Origin: an uncultured Acidobacteriota bacterium
GTDB taxonomy: Bacteria; Acidobacteriota; Thermoanaerobaculia; UBA5066; Gp7-AA6
Reading direction: 5' to 3'
Assembly (NCBI GenBank): GCA_963764715.1
Contig: CAVXTP010000003.1
Span: 32,001-96,000, forward strand
DNA length: 64,000 bases
The position numbers and the translations under genes are program-made. The notes under the pieces are model-generated. The model made no database searches, had not been told where the DNA came from, and saw only the letters and a program-made list of their open reading frames with translations. This document shows positions 1-10,000 of the stretch, in pieces (the first letter of the stretch is position 1; the number at the start of each line of letters is the position of its first letter).

Positions 1-1065
1 CGCGCCGAGTCGGGCGCCGATCGCGTTCTCGGCCAGGCCGGGCTCCGCCGTCAGGAAGACGCCCTCGTCGAAGAAGACGGGCGTTCCGTTCAACCCGAGA
101 CGCATCGCGAGCTCGATGTCCCGGACGACGCGCTGGCGCGCCCGGCCGCTCGAAAGCTCCGCCGCGAACGCCGGGCCGACGCCCGCCGCCTCGGCGACGT
201 CCGCGCCGAGCTGCCGCGCGGCGGCCGGGTTCATCGTCGAGGCCCTCGGGAACACGGCCTCCTCGTAGCGCAGGTACAGCGGCGGCGAGACGCCGGCGAG
301 CGCGGCCGCGGTCTCCGCGGCGGCGAACGACCACTCGTGGACCTTGACGAGCGGGAGGAACCGGACCTCGAGGGCGCCGCCGCCGTGGGTGAAGGCGTAG
401 TCGCGCAGCTCGGGTGTGCGGACGCGGCAGCGTTCGCACTGGAAGTCGATGAACGCCGTCACGAAATAGGCGCCCTTCGTGGGGCGGACGCCCGGAGACT
501 CCGCGAGCATCTGCCGCCGGCGCGCGGCCGGGGCGACGTCGAGGGGCTGGAACTCGCCGAGGAGAAGCGACGCGCCGTCCTCCGAAACGAAGCCGGGCCT
601 CGCCGCCGAGACGCCCTCCGCCTGCCGGATGGCGAGGCGGATGGGCTTCAGCGGGCCGCGGCTGCCGGGCAGGACCTCGAGCGTCACGGGCAGGCCGTAG
701 ACATCGGCGAGCGCCCCCTGCATCACGGGAACGTCCTGTGCCGGCGAAAACGGCCGGCCGCGGCGCGTGTCGTCGTGCAGGACCTCGCCCACGAAGATCT
801 CGTTTCGCGCGGTGTCGACGAGCGTGATCGACATCTCGTTGCGATTCTTCAGGTCGCAGGACCGCTCGACGGTGAAGCTCTCGTAGCCCGGCAGCCGGAT
901 CTCGGAGGCCGGCGTGACCGTGACCTTCGTCGCCGGGCAGGACGAGAACCAGGCCTCGAAGTACCGGGAGACACGCTCTCGGGTCGGCGCGGCGCCCCGG
1001 GCCTCCGGGGCCTCCACCGTCGAGAGGGCCAGCACGATCAGGGCGAGAAGCGGGGCACGGCGCAT
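1..1065 (-). CDS. Exported DsbA/thioredoxin-fold protein (3' end runs off the window)
   Basis: Read by hand; absent from the ORF track because no stop lies in the window. ATG at 1065, signal peptide MRRAPLLALIVLALS, FIDFQCERC (CxxC at 427-438), cis-Pro motif LGLNGTPVFF near the window start. Confidence 0.85.
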   Translation of the reverse strand, partial: MRRAPLLALIVLALSTVEAPEARGAAPTRERVSRYFEAWFSSCPATKVTVTPASEIRLPGYESFTVERSCDLKNRNEMSITLVDTARNEIFVGEVLHDDTRRGRPFSPAQDVPVMQGALADVYGLPVTLEVLPGSRGPLKPIRLAIRQAEGVSAARPGFVSEDGASLLLGEFQPLDVAPAARRRQMLAESPGVRPTKGAYFVTAFIDFQCERCRVRTPELRDYAFTHGGGALEVRFLPLVKVHEWSFAAAETAAALAGVSPPLYLRYEEAVFPRASTMNPAAARQLGADVAEAAGVGPAFAAELSSGRARQRVVRDIELAMRLGLNGTPVFFDEGVFLTAEPGLAENAIGARLGA

Positions 1066-1116
1066 CCGGGCAACCTTAACACGGGGAGTGGCTTACGGAA
1101 TTTCCGGCCTCCCCCG

Positions 1117-2472
1117 TCAGGGGCTCTGGAGGTCCATCCGCATGCGCCGGAAATCGATCGTGACGAGGAAGTTCTTGAAGACCGAGTTGCCGAGAATCCC
1201 GTCCTCGAGCGCGCCGTCGTCTTCCTTGATCGGAAGGCTGCGGAACCGGACGCCGTACCCGGAAAGGCCGATCACGACGGAGTCGACCCGGGCCCAGGCC
1301 GCCTCCGACTGTCCGAGGCCGTAGAGCTTCTTCGGATAGAACTTGTTGGACGCCTTGAGGCCCGCGCGCCGCACGCCGTTGGAGGTCAGCATCGTCGGCT
1401 CGCTCCCCGTGTCGAGCAGAAGCTGGTACCAGCCCGACTTGTCGATGGACGCCCGGACGAAGATCCGCGAGCGCGCGACGAAGAGGTTCTGGTCCGGGTC
1501 GCGGCCGGCGCCGCGGGGATCTTCGCGCGTCAGCCGCATGTGGCGCTTGCCGTAGTCGAGGCCCAGCCGGAACTGCTTGATGAGGTGGAGCCCGAGGACC
1601 ATCGGCACCGGAAACTCGCCCCGCGACGTCGCGAACAGAAGCGCGTCGTCCGGCATGAGCATCACGGGCACGTGCGCGAGGGTGAAGCCTCCGACCTCGA
1701 GCCGGTCGACGACGCCGAAGGTCAGCGGGAACTCCTTCGCGTGGAGACCGCGGCCGAACGCCTTCGAGTCCGGGATCTCGCGCACGCCGACCTGCTTCGC
1801 GAAGGACTGCGTCAGGATCGTGTAGGCCGCTCCGGTGTCCACGATCGCGGCCGAGTCGGCGCCGTTGACCTTGACCGGGACCCGGATGAGATCGAAGCCC
1901 TGCATGGAGAAGTCGCTCTCGTGCGATTCGCCCACGGCCGGCCCGGCGTAGAGCGGCAGGTTCTGGATCGCCTCGAGGAAGTGGATGTACCCGGGCAGCA
2001 GGCCGTAGCCGTCCCGCCGGGCCGCCGACGCGAACTCGAGCGCGAGCTCCGGCTCGTCCCAGAAGATGAACCCCTGCGCCAGCGCCCACTCGAGCTCGGC
2101 CCGGCGGGCCGGACGGGCCTCGAGATCGATCGCGCGGGTCAGGAGCGGCAGCGCCCCGTCGATGTCGCCCCGCGCGAGACACGCCCGGCCGAGGACGGAG
2201 AGCGACGTCGGGCTCTTCTCGAGCTCGGCGCGGGGCAGCTGCCGGAGATCGGCCTCGACTTCGAGGTACTCGCCGCGGGCCAGGCGCTCCTCGGGGTTCG
2301 GGCGGCCGAGCCACGGGATCGCGCGGACTTCGGACGCCGGCATGACCTCGACACGCGGCTCCGGGGAGGCGCAGGAAAGCTGAGCGACCGCCAGGGCGGC
2401 AGCGACCGCACCGGCCGCCGCCGCCGCGAGACGCTCGACGCGCTCGTTCTTCCGGCGTCGCCCGAAGCTCAG
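1117..2472 (-). CDS. Retropepsin-like aspartyl protease with two protease domains and a TPR-like N-terminus, probable lipoprotein
   Basis: C-terminal part of ORF 1117..3507. Two catalytic motifs, AIVDTGAA and LLLDTGSE; flap-associated VLGL and GILGN; lipobox-like AQLSC. Start codon uncertain, near the GWxTD stop. Confidence 0.8.
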   Translation of the reverse strand: MSFGRRRKNERVERLAAAAAGAVAAALAVAQLSCASPEPRVEVMPASEVRAIPWLGRPNPEERLARGEYLEVEADLRQLPRAELEKSPTSLSVLGRACLARGDIDGALPLLTRAIDLEARPARRAELEWALAQGFIFWDEPELALEFASAARRDGYGLLPGYIHFLEAIQNLPLYAGPAVGESHESDFSMQGFDLIRVPVKVNGADSAAIVDTGAAYTILTQSFAKQVGVREIPDSKAFGRGLHAKEFPLTFGVVDRLEVGGFTLAHVPVMLMPDDALLFATSRGEFPVPMVLGLHLIKQFRLGLDYGKRHMRLTREDPRGAGRDPDQNLFVARSRIFVRASIDKSGWYQLLLDTGSEPTMLTSNGVRRAGLKASNKFYPKKLYGLGQSEAAWARVDSVVIGLSGYGVRFRSLPIKEDDGALEDGILGNSVFKNFLVTIDFRRMRMDLQSP

Positions 2473-3572
2473 CGAGACGCGGTCCTCGTCAGAGTGCCCG
2501 TGCGGAGGGCCGCCCGGGCCGTCTCGAGGGTCGTCAGCGTGCGGCCTTCGCGCTGCCAGACGTTCAGCCCGTAGCCCTTGCGCGTGATGAACTCGAAGTC
2601 GACCTGGTGAAACGAGACGCCCGCGGGCAGGAGCTCGCGCCGGTAGTGCCAGACTTCGCGGTAGTTGCCGTCCGAATCCGGGAGGCGCGTTCCGGGCCCG
2701 GTCATGCGGTCGTAGACGAGAGCGCTCGACGCGCCGGGCTTGGCCGCTTTCAAGGCGTTCGTCAGATCGAGGTCGCTGTACATCGACATGCCCTTCGGGT
2801 CCGCGGCGTCTTCGCCGGTCGAGAGCGGCTTGCGGCCGATCCAGGTCGGTGGCCCGAGGAGGACGAAGACCATGCCGCGGTCGGTGACGCTGCCCCGCGT
2901 CTCGTCCTGCGCGAGGCGCGCGTCGGCGAACGCCACGCGGCGCTCGAACTCGATGCGCGTCTCGTTCTCGGGCGTTTCGGGGCGCGAGTCCCGCTCCTTC
3001 CAGAAGTTGGTGATGAACTCGGAGCGCGAGGCCGGGTCCGAGAGCCGCTCGTAACTGTGCTTCTGGTCGGCCGTCAGGAGGTAACCGGCCGGGCCCTCGG
3101 CCCAGTCCTCCCCGGCTTCCTCCGCGCTCTTGTCGACGGGCGCCTGGTACGCGCGAAACGCGGTCGCCAGCGAGCCCGTTTCGGCGGGTTGCTGCGCCTC
3201 GGTCCGCATCGTCTTGCGAACGTCCTCGAGGAGAGCGATGACCTTCGGCGGGTAGGCCGACGGATCGAGCGTGGCGTTGGGCTGGTAGGTCAGAAACGTC
3301 TCGAACTTCTCGCGCGCCTCGTCGGTGCGGCCGAGAGCGGCGTCGGAGGCGCCGCGATAGAAGGCGAGCCCCGCCGGCAGCGCGGCGCGATAAGACTCGT
3401 TGCCGGGCTTCTCGACCTCGGCCGCGAGCTGATCGAGTGTCGCGAGCGACGCCGCGTACTGCGCCAGGCGGAACTGCTCCTTGGCTTTGAGGAAGAGCCG
3501 GACGCACTCCGAATCGGCGATCGCGAGCGAGGCGAGGAGAACCAGTCCCGAAGCGATCAGTGCGCGCCGCAT
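2469..3572 (-). CDS. GWxTD-domain exported protein (motif variant GSVTD)
   Basis: Signal peptide. WAEGPAGYLLT...FITNFWKERD..PETPENE...FERRVAFAD...RGSVTDRGMVFVLLGPP and REVWHY match the GWxTD domain pattern. Confidence 0.85.
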   Translation of the reverse strand: MRRALIASGLVLLASLAIADSECVRLFLKAKEQFRLAQYAASLATLDQLAAEVEKPGNESYRAALPAGLAFYRGASDAALGRTDEAREKFETFLTYQPNATLDPSAYPPKVIALLEDVRKTMRTEAQQPAETGSLATAFRAYQAPVDKSAEEAGEDWAEGPAGYLLTADQKHSYERLSDPASRSEFITNFWKERDSRPETPENETRIEFERRVAFADARLAQDETRGSVTDRGMVFVLLGPPTWIGRKPLSTGEDAADPKGMSMYSDLDLTNALKAAKPGASSALVYDRMTGPGTRLPDSDGNYREVWHYRRELLPAGVSFHQVDFEFITRKGYGLNVWQREGRTLTTLETARAALRTGTLTRTASR

Positions 3573-3689
3573 GGGTACCTCCCGATCATCATACGACTAG
3601 AAACGTCTGGAGTTGCGAGTCGATCTCGACGACGACGTCCGACTTCGGCTGACCCGGGAGCCGCCTTCAATTCCCTGACTCGGCCCTTC

Positions 3690-3719
3690 AAAAAAATGGG
3701 GGCGGCTCGCGCCGCCCCC
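3690..3719 (-). terminator. Rho-independent terminator after TBDR-1
   Basis: Minus strand GGGGGCGGC-GCGA-GCCGCCCCC followed by ATTTTTTT. Confidence 0.85.
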
Positions 3720-3748
3720 GGGGGGAAGTAACGGAAAAACGTGAGGCC

Positions 3749-6700
3749 TTAGAAGGTGACCTTGAGCGCGACACGGAGCAGCCGGGGGTTCGTCTGCACG
3801 ACCGTCTTCAGGAAGTCCGGGTTGTCCGAGCAAGGCGCCGTGGCCGAGGCCGCGCAGGTGCCGGTTCCCGGTTGCTGACCCGGCTGGCCGTAGAACGGGC
3901 TCGTCGGATCCGTGACGATGGCGCCCCCGAAGTTGAAGTTGCTGTCGACCGCGACGGTCGTCTGGCGGTTGAGGACGTTGAACACGTAGAGCTGCGGGGT
4001 GACCGTCACCGGGCCGAGCGCCATGTTGTAGCCGAGCGAGAGGTTCATGTCGTAGTCGGTCGGGGTCCGGCCGAAGGTGCCGCGATCCTCGAGGTAGAGG
4101 TTGGCCGGGTAGAAGTCGTTGAACCAGCCGAGCCGGGAGATCGGGAGACCCGAGCGGACGTAGAACTGCGCGCCGGCCGAGAGGCCGAACGGCGCGTTGT
4201 AGACCGCGTCGATGCGGGCCTGGACCGGCCGGTCGAGCTCGAGGTTGCCGTAGTCGTTGAACGTGAACTGGTAGTAGTCGTAGTCGGCGTTGATGCCGGG
4301 GTCCGTCTGGCCCGTGGCCTGGCGGATCGCGCCGGAGTAGTTGCCCTTGAGGGACGAGTACAGGAACGAGGCCTGCGCCCAGATCGCGTTGGTGAACTGC
4401 TTGCGGGCGGTCATCTCGATGCCGCGGAAGATGCGCTTCGCATCGCCGATGGCGACGCCGCTCGCGGAACACTCGCCCGCCGAGGGGTCCGTCGGGTTTC
4501 CGGAGCCGTTGCAGGTCGGGAAGAAGCCCGAAGCCGCCTGGCCGTCGCCGCCCGGGTTGAAGAGGGCGCAGGTGTTGGGCGCGATCGCGCCGTTCAAGTC
4601 GCAGCGGTCTTCGACCGTGCGGCCCAGCGTGCGGTAGGTGCCCTTCAGGCCGATCGAGAGCGACGGGTCGAGAGCCTTCTCGACGCCGAGCGTGAGCTCA
4701 TCCTGATAAGACGCCTTCGTGAGGGGGGTCCCGTTCTTCACGCCGTTCGTCCAGCCGTCCACGGGCTCGCCGGACGCCGTGCCGCCCTGGAAGTTCTCGG
4801 AACGCGGCGCGTTGGGGTCCTGAATGATCGAGCCCGGAACGTAGTTGTAGGTCTGGACCGCCGAGTTGGCCGTGAACACGCGGACGTTCAGGTCGGTCGG
4901 GAGCGAGAAGAAGAAGCGGCCGGCCGAAGCGTACAGCTTCGACGTGCCGTCTCCGACGAAATCCCACACGACGCCCACGCGGGGCGACCACTCGTTCTCC
5001 ATGGCGAACGCCTTGAAGGGCCCCGTCGTCGGATCCAGTCCGTAGAAGTTCTCGGTGTCCCAGCGGACGCCGGCGTTCAAGGTCAGCGTCGGGATGATCC
5101 GCCACTGGTCCTGGAGGAAGGCGCTGTAGCGCTTGGTCGGCGTGTTGAACGGCGACGAGTTGATGATGTGGTAGTCGTCGGTGGTGCCGTCGGCCAGCAG
5201 ATCGTGCTGGTAGAAGACCTGCTGCGTCTGCCCGTCGGCGTTCGTGTAGAACGGCGCCGCGGAGAGGTCACAGATGCTCGCGCCGGACTGCAGGCAGGGA
5301 CGGATGCGGAGGCGCTGGGCGCCCGTGAAGTAGGTCGAGCCCGACGTGGAGTCGTTCTGGTAGTCGCCGCCGAGCTTGATCTCGTGGTTGCCCATGTACG
5401 CGGTGAAGGAGCCCGCGTACGCCTCGCGGCGCGACTGGTTGTTCAGGGTCGGCCCGAAGACGTTGCCGAAGCCGCCCGCCGTGGTGAAGTTCGTCCCCGT
5501 GCCCGAGGGATCGGTGGTGTAGTCGCGGATCCCCGGGACGTCCAGGCCGAAGGGCTTGGTGGCGTACCGGTCGGAGTGCTGCGCGTACTGGAAGGTGAAG
5601 ATGCCGAACGAGCCGAAGAGCTGGTTCAGCCGCGCGCCGTAGTCCGGCCCGCCCGTGTCCTGCCGGCCGTTGTACGTGAACGGCGAGAAGCCGGCGGGAG
5701 GCGCGATCACGCCGAACTGCGCGAGCGCGCCGTTGAGCTGCTGGGAGTCCGAGAACACGCTGCCGACGACCGAGGTCCCCTGGAAGGGATTCAGGGTCAG
5801 CTTGCCGGAGTACTTGTTCTGAACGAACGCCTGCGGGAAGTCCTCGTACGCCCGCGGCCCGCCGATGGGCTGCACGTTGTTGTTGGCCTGGACGCGGTCG
5901 TAGGCGCCGAAGAACCAGACCTTGTCCTTGATGACGAAGCCGCCGAGGTCCGCGCCCCACTCCTGCCGCACGTCCTTCGAAAGGAAGTAGGCGGGTCCGA
6001 GGCCGGAGATGTTGTCGGCGCTGCCCTGCTCCGAGAACTGCGGCGTCTGGTTGATGTCGACGTCCGCGCGCATGCCGGTGTCGTTGTAGTAGCCGAAGAT
6101 TCCGCCGTGGAACTCGTTGCCGCCCGACTTCGTGATGACGTTGACGACGCCCCCCGTGTTGCGGCCGTACTCGGCCTGGTAGCCGCCCGTCTTCACTTCG
6201 ACTTCCTGGATGAACTCGTTGTTGATGTCCTTGCCCTGGAAACCCTTGATGACGTTCGTCGTGTTGACGCCGTCGATCAGGAACAGGTTCTCCGACGACG
6301 TCGATCCGTAGATCGAGATCGCCAGCGACCGCCCCTGGGTCTCGCCGAAGTCCGCCTGGACGCCCGGCTGCGTGAACACGATGTCCGCGTAGTTGCGTCC
6401 GACCGGCAGCTTGTCGATGACCTTCGCCGAGTAGTTCGAGCCCTGCGTCGTCGACGTCGAGTCGACCAGCGGGGCGTCACCGGTGACCGTCACCTCGGCC
6501 GACGTCGAGAGCGACAGCGACAGGTTCACGGTGGCCGTCGAGTCGAGGGAGACCGTGGCCCTGCGCTCGACCTTGCCGAAGCCCGACAGTTCCGCGGTGA
6601 TCGTGTACGCGCCCGGCGGGATCGACGGGAAGCGATAGCGGCCGTCGGCCGCGGTGACCGCGTTCCGCGTTCCCTGCAGGTTGGGACTCGTCAGCGTGAC

Positions 6701-6841
6701 GGTCACACCCGGCAGGGGCGCGTTGCTCTGGTCGGTCACCGCCCCCTCCACCGTACCGGTCGTCTGCGCCAGGGAGACGGCCGGGACGAGGAGAAGCAGG
6801 CAAACCGAGAGAGCCAGGGTAAATCGGTACAGAGACTTCAT
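3749..6841 (-). CDS. TonB-dependent receptor, Oar-like (carboxypeptidase-regulatory-like domain, plug, barrel), copy 1
   Basis: ATG 6841 after SD AAGGAGG. Signal peptide, QTTGTVEG...LPGVTV, plug motif IQEVEVKTGGYQAEYGRNTGGVVNVITKSG, C-terminal LKVTF. Confidence 0.93.
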   Translation of the reverse strand: MKSLYRFTLALSVCLLLLVPAVSLAQTTGTVEGAVTDQSNAPLPGVTVTLTSPNLQGTRNAVTAADGRYRFPSIPPGAYTITAELSGFGKVERRATVSLDSTATVNLSLSLSTSAEVTVTGDAPLVDSTSTTQGSNYSAKVIDKLPVGRNYADIVFTQPGVQADFGETQGRSLAISIYGSTSSENLFLIDGVNTTNVIKGFQGKDINNEFIQEVEVKTGGYQAEYGRNTGGVVNVITKSGGNEFHGGIFGYYNDTGMRADVDINQTPQFSEQGSADNISGLGPAYFLSKDVRQEWGADLGGFVIKDKVWFFGAYDRVQANNNVQPIGGPRAYEDFPQAFVQNKYSGKLTLNPFQGTSVVGSVFSDSQQLNGALAQFGVIAPPAGFSPFTYNGRQDTGGPDYGARLNQLFGSFGIFTFQYAQHSDRYATKPFGLDVPGIRDYTTDPSGTGTNFTTAGGFGNVFGPTLNNQSRREAYAGSFTAYMGNHEIKLGGDYQNDSTSGSTYFTGAQRLRIRPCLQSGASICDLSAAPFYTNADGQTQQVFYQHDLLADGTTDDYHIINSSPFNTPTKRYSAFLQDQWRIIPTLTLNAGVRWDTENFYGLDPTTGPFKAFAMENEWSPRVGVVWDFVGDGTSKLYASAGRFFFSLPTDLNVRVFTANSAVQTYNYVPGSIIQDPNAPRSENFQGGTASGEPVDGWTNGVKNGTPLTKASYQDELTLGVEKALDPSLSIGLKGTYRTLGRTVEDRCDLNGAIAPNTCALFNPGGDGQAASGFFPTCNGSGNPTDPSAGECSASGVAIGDAKRIFRGIEMTARKQFTNAIWAQASFLYSSLKGNYSGAIRQATGQTDPGINADYDYYQFTFNDYGNLELDRPVQARIDAVYNAPFGLSAGAQFYVRSGLPISRLGWFNDFYPANLYLEDRGTFGRTPTDYDMNLSLGYNMALGPVTVTPQLYVFNVLNRQTTVAVDSNFNFGGAIVTDPTSPFYGQPGQQPGTGTCAASATAPCSDNPDFLKTVVQTNPRLLRVALKVTF

Positions 6842-6900
6842 CCTTTCCTCCTTCAATTCCGCGCTTCGAACTCGAAGACGCTTCCAGAGGCGAAGGACGA

Positions 6901-6916
6901 AGCAAGGCCTGATCCT
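6901..6916 (-). promoter_or_regulatory. Putative sigma54 -24/-12 promoter of TBDR-1 (non-canonical AGG)
   Basis: Minus strand AGGATCAGGCCTTGCT = GG-N10-GC with TTGC. A TTGGCAC box lies just upstream (6923-6929). Confidence 0.5.
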
Positions 6917-7046
6917 CAAAATGTGCCAAGGTGCAAGTCACTGGAGGAACGGCCTCAAGGCGAAAACCGGCCGTCGCCGAAGGCGAGGGCCGGGCGGTCC
7001 GATTGGATCGCTGTTCGGGAACTTGAAGCCGTCGGGACGAAAGCCG

Positions 7047-7077
7047 AAAAACCGGGGGCGGCCGAAACCGCCCCCGG
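7047..7077 (-). terminator. Rho-independent terminator after TBDR-2
   Basis: Minus strand CCGGGGGCGGT-TTCG-GCCGCCCCCGG-TTTTT. Confidence 0.85.
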
Positions 7078-7094
7078 AGAGACCGAGAAGTCGC

Positions 7095-10000
7095 CTAGAA
7101 CGTGACCTTGACCGCCGCCCGCAGAAGCCGCGGGTTGTTCTGGATCGTGGTCTTCAGGTAGTCCGGGTTGTCCGAGCAGGGAGCCGTGGCCGAGGCCGCG
7201 CACGTGCCGACGCCGGGCTGCAGGCCCGCCTGTCCGTAGAAGGGACTCGTCGTGTCCGTGACGAAGCTGCCGGCCGTGTTGAAGTTGGTGTCGAACGCCG
7301 AGACGGTCTGCCGGTTGAGGGCGTTGAAGAGGTAGATCTGCGGCGTGATCGTCACCGCGCCGACGTTGAGGTTGTACGCGAGCGACAGGTTCAGATCGTA
7401 ATCCGTGGGGGTCCGGCCGAACGTGCCGCGCTGATCGAGGAACAGGTCCGTCGGGTAGAAGTTGTTGAAAAACCCGTAGCGGGTCATCGGGAGACCCGAG
7501 CGGACGTAGAACTGCGCGCCGGCCGAGAGGCCGAACGGCGCGTTGTAGACCGCGTCGATGCGAGCCTGGACCGGCCGGTCGAGCTCGAGGTTGCCGTAGC
7601 CGTTGAACGAGAACTGGTAGTAGTCGTAGTCCGCGTTGATGCCGGGATCCGTCTGTCCGGTGACCTCGCGGATGGCGCCGGAGTAGTTGCCCTTGAGCGA
7701 GGAGTACAGGAACGAGGCCTGCGCCCAGATCGCGTTGGTGAACTGCTTGCGCGCGACCATCTCGATGCCGCGGAAGATGCGCTTGGCATCGCCCACCGCG
7801 ACACCCGTCGCCGAGCAATTACCGGCCGTCGGGTCCGTCGGGTTCGCCGAGCCGTTGCAGGTCGGGAACTCGCCCGAGGCCGCCTGGCCATCGCCGCCCG
7901 GGTTGAAGAGGGCGCACGTCGAAGGCGCCACGCTGCCGTCGAGGTCGCAGCGATCTTCGATCGTGCGGCCGAGCGTCCGGTAGGTGCCCTTGAGGCCGAT
8001 CGACAGCGTCGGATCGATGGCCTTCTCGACGCCGAGGGTCAGCTCGTCCTGGTAGGAGGCCTTGATGCGCGGGCTTCCGTTGAGCTGGCCGTTGGTCCAG
8101 CCATCCACGGGCTCGCCGGAGGCGCTGCCGCCCTGGAAGAGCTCGTTGCGGGGAGCGCCCGCGCCCTGGGTGATGGAGTTGGGGTCGTAATTGAACGTCG
8201 TCACCGCCGAGTTGGCCGTGAACACGCGGACGTTCAGGTCCGTCGGAAGCGCGAAGTAGAAGCGGCCGGCCGAAGCGTACAGCTTCGACGTGCCGTCGCC
8301 GATGAAGTCCCACACGACGCCGATGCGCGGCGACCACTCGTTGTCGAGCTTGAACGCCGAGAACTGGCCGATCGTGGGATCGGGGTCGAGACCGTAGAAG
8401 TTCTCGGCGTCGTAGCGCACGCCGAGGTTCAGGGTCAGGGTCGGGATGATGCGCCACTGGTCCTGCAGGTAGGCGCTGTAGCGCTTGGTCGGAACGTCGA
8501 ACGGCGAGGCGTCGATGATCTGGAAGTTGTCGGTCGTCCCGTTCGCCAGGAGGTCGTGCTGGTAGAAGACCTGCTGCGTCTGGCCGTTGGCGTTCGTGTA
8601 GAAGGGCGCCTGGGCGAGGTCGCAGACGCTCGTGCCCGTCTGGAGGCACGGCCGCACGCGCACTCGCTGGCCGCCCGTGAAGAACGTCGAGCCCGAGGTC
8701 GTGTCGTCCTGGAAGTCGCCGCCGATCTTGATCTCGTGGTTGCCCGCGTACCCCGTGAACGAACCGCTGTACAGGTTGCGGAGCGACGCGTTGTTGACCG
8801 TGGGTCCGAACACGTTGCCGAAGCCGCCGGCCGTCGTGAAGTTGGTGCCGGTCCCGGACGGATCGGTGGTGTAGTCGCGGATCGCCGGGACGTCCAGGCC
8901 GAAGGGCTTGGTGGCGTACCGGTCGGAGTGCTGCGCGTACTGGAAGGTGAAGATGCCGAACGAGCCGAAGAGCTGGTTCAGCCGCGCGCCGTAGTCCGGT
9001 CCGCCCGTGTCCCGGCGGCCGTTGTACGTGAACGGCGAGAAGCCGGCCGGCGTCGTCAGGACGCCGTTCTGCGTCTGCGCGTCCGCGAAGACGCTGCCGA
9101 CGATCGACGTGCCCTGGAGCGGGTTCAAGGTCAGCTTGCCCGAGTACTTGTTCTGGAAGTACGAAAGCGGGAAGTCCTCGTTCGCCCGCGGCCCGCCGAG
9201 CGGCGTGACCGTCTGGTTGATCTGGACGCGGTCGTACGCGCCGAAGAACCAGACCTTGTCCTTGACGACGAAGCCGCCGAGGTCGGCGCCCCACTCCTGA
9301 CGCACGTCCTTGTTGATGAAGAAGTTCGGGCCGGCGAGCGTGTTCTCGGCCGTGCCCTGCTCGCTGAAGTCCGGCGTGACCGGCACGTCCCAGTCGGCGC
9401 GCATGCCCGTGTCGTTGTAGTAGCCGAACACGCCGCCATGGAACTCGTTGCCGCCCGACTTCGTGATGACGTTGACGACGCCGCCCGTGTTGCGGCCGTA
9501 CTCGGCCTGGTAGCCGCCCGTCTTCACTTCGACTTCCTGGATGAACTCGCTGTTGATGTCCTTGCCCTGGAAGCCCTTGATGACGTTCGTCGTGTTGACG
9601 CCGTCGATTAAGAACAGGTTCTCCGACGACGTCGATCCGTAGATCGAGATCGCGAGCGACCGCCCCTGCGTCTCGCCGAAGTCCGCCTGGACGCCCGGCT
9701 GCGTGAACACGATGTCCGCGTAGTTGCGTCCGACCGGCAGCTTGTCGATGACCTTCGCCGAGTAGTTCGAGCCCTGCGTCGTCGACGTCGAGTCGACCAG
9801 CGGGGCCTCACCGGTGACCGTCACCTCGGCCGAGGTCGAGAGCGACAGCGACAGGTTCACGGTGGCCGTCGAATCGAGCGTGACCGTGGCCTTGCGCTGC
9901 ACCTTGCCGAAGCCCGACAGTTCCGCGGTGATCGTGTACGCGCCCGGCGGAACCGACGGGAAACGATAACGACCGTCCGCCGCGGTGACCGCGGTCCGCG

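Noticed and set aside
1-1065. Selenoprotein (UxxC) given the nearby selA
   Set aside because: The active site is encoded as ordinary Cys codons (CERC) with no in-frame TGA.
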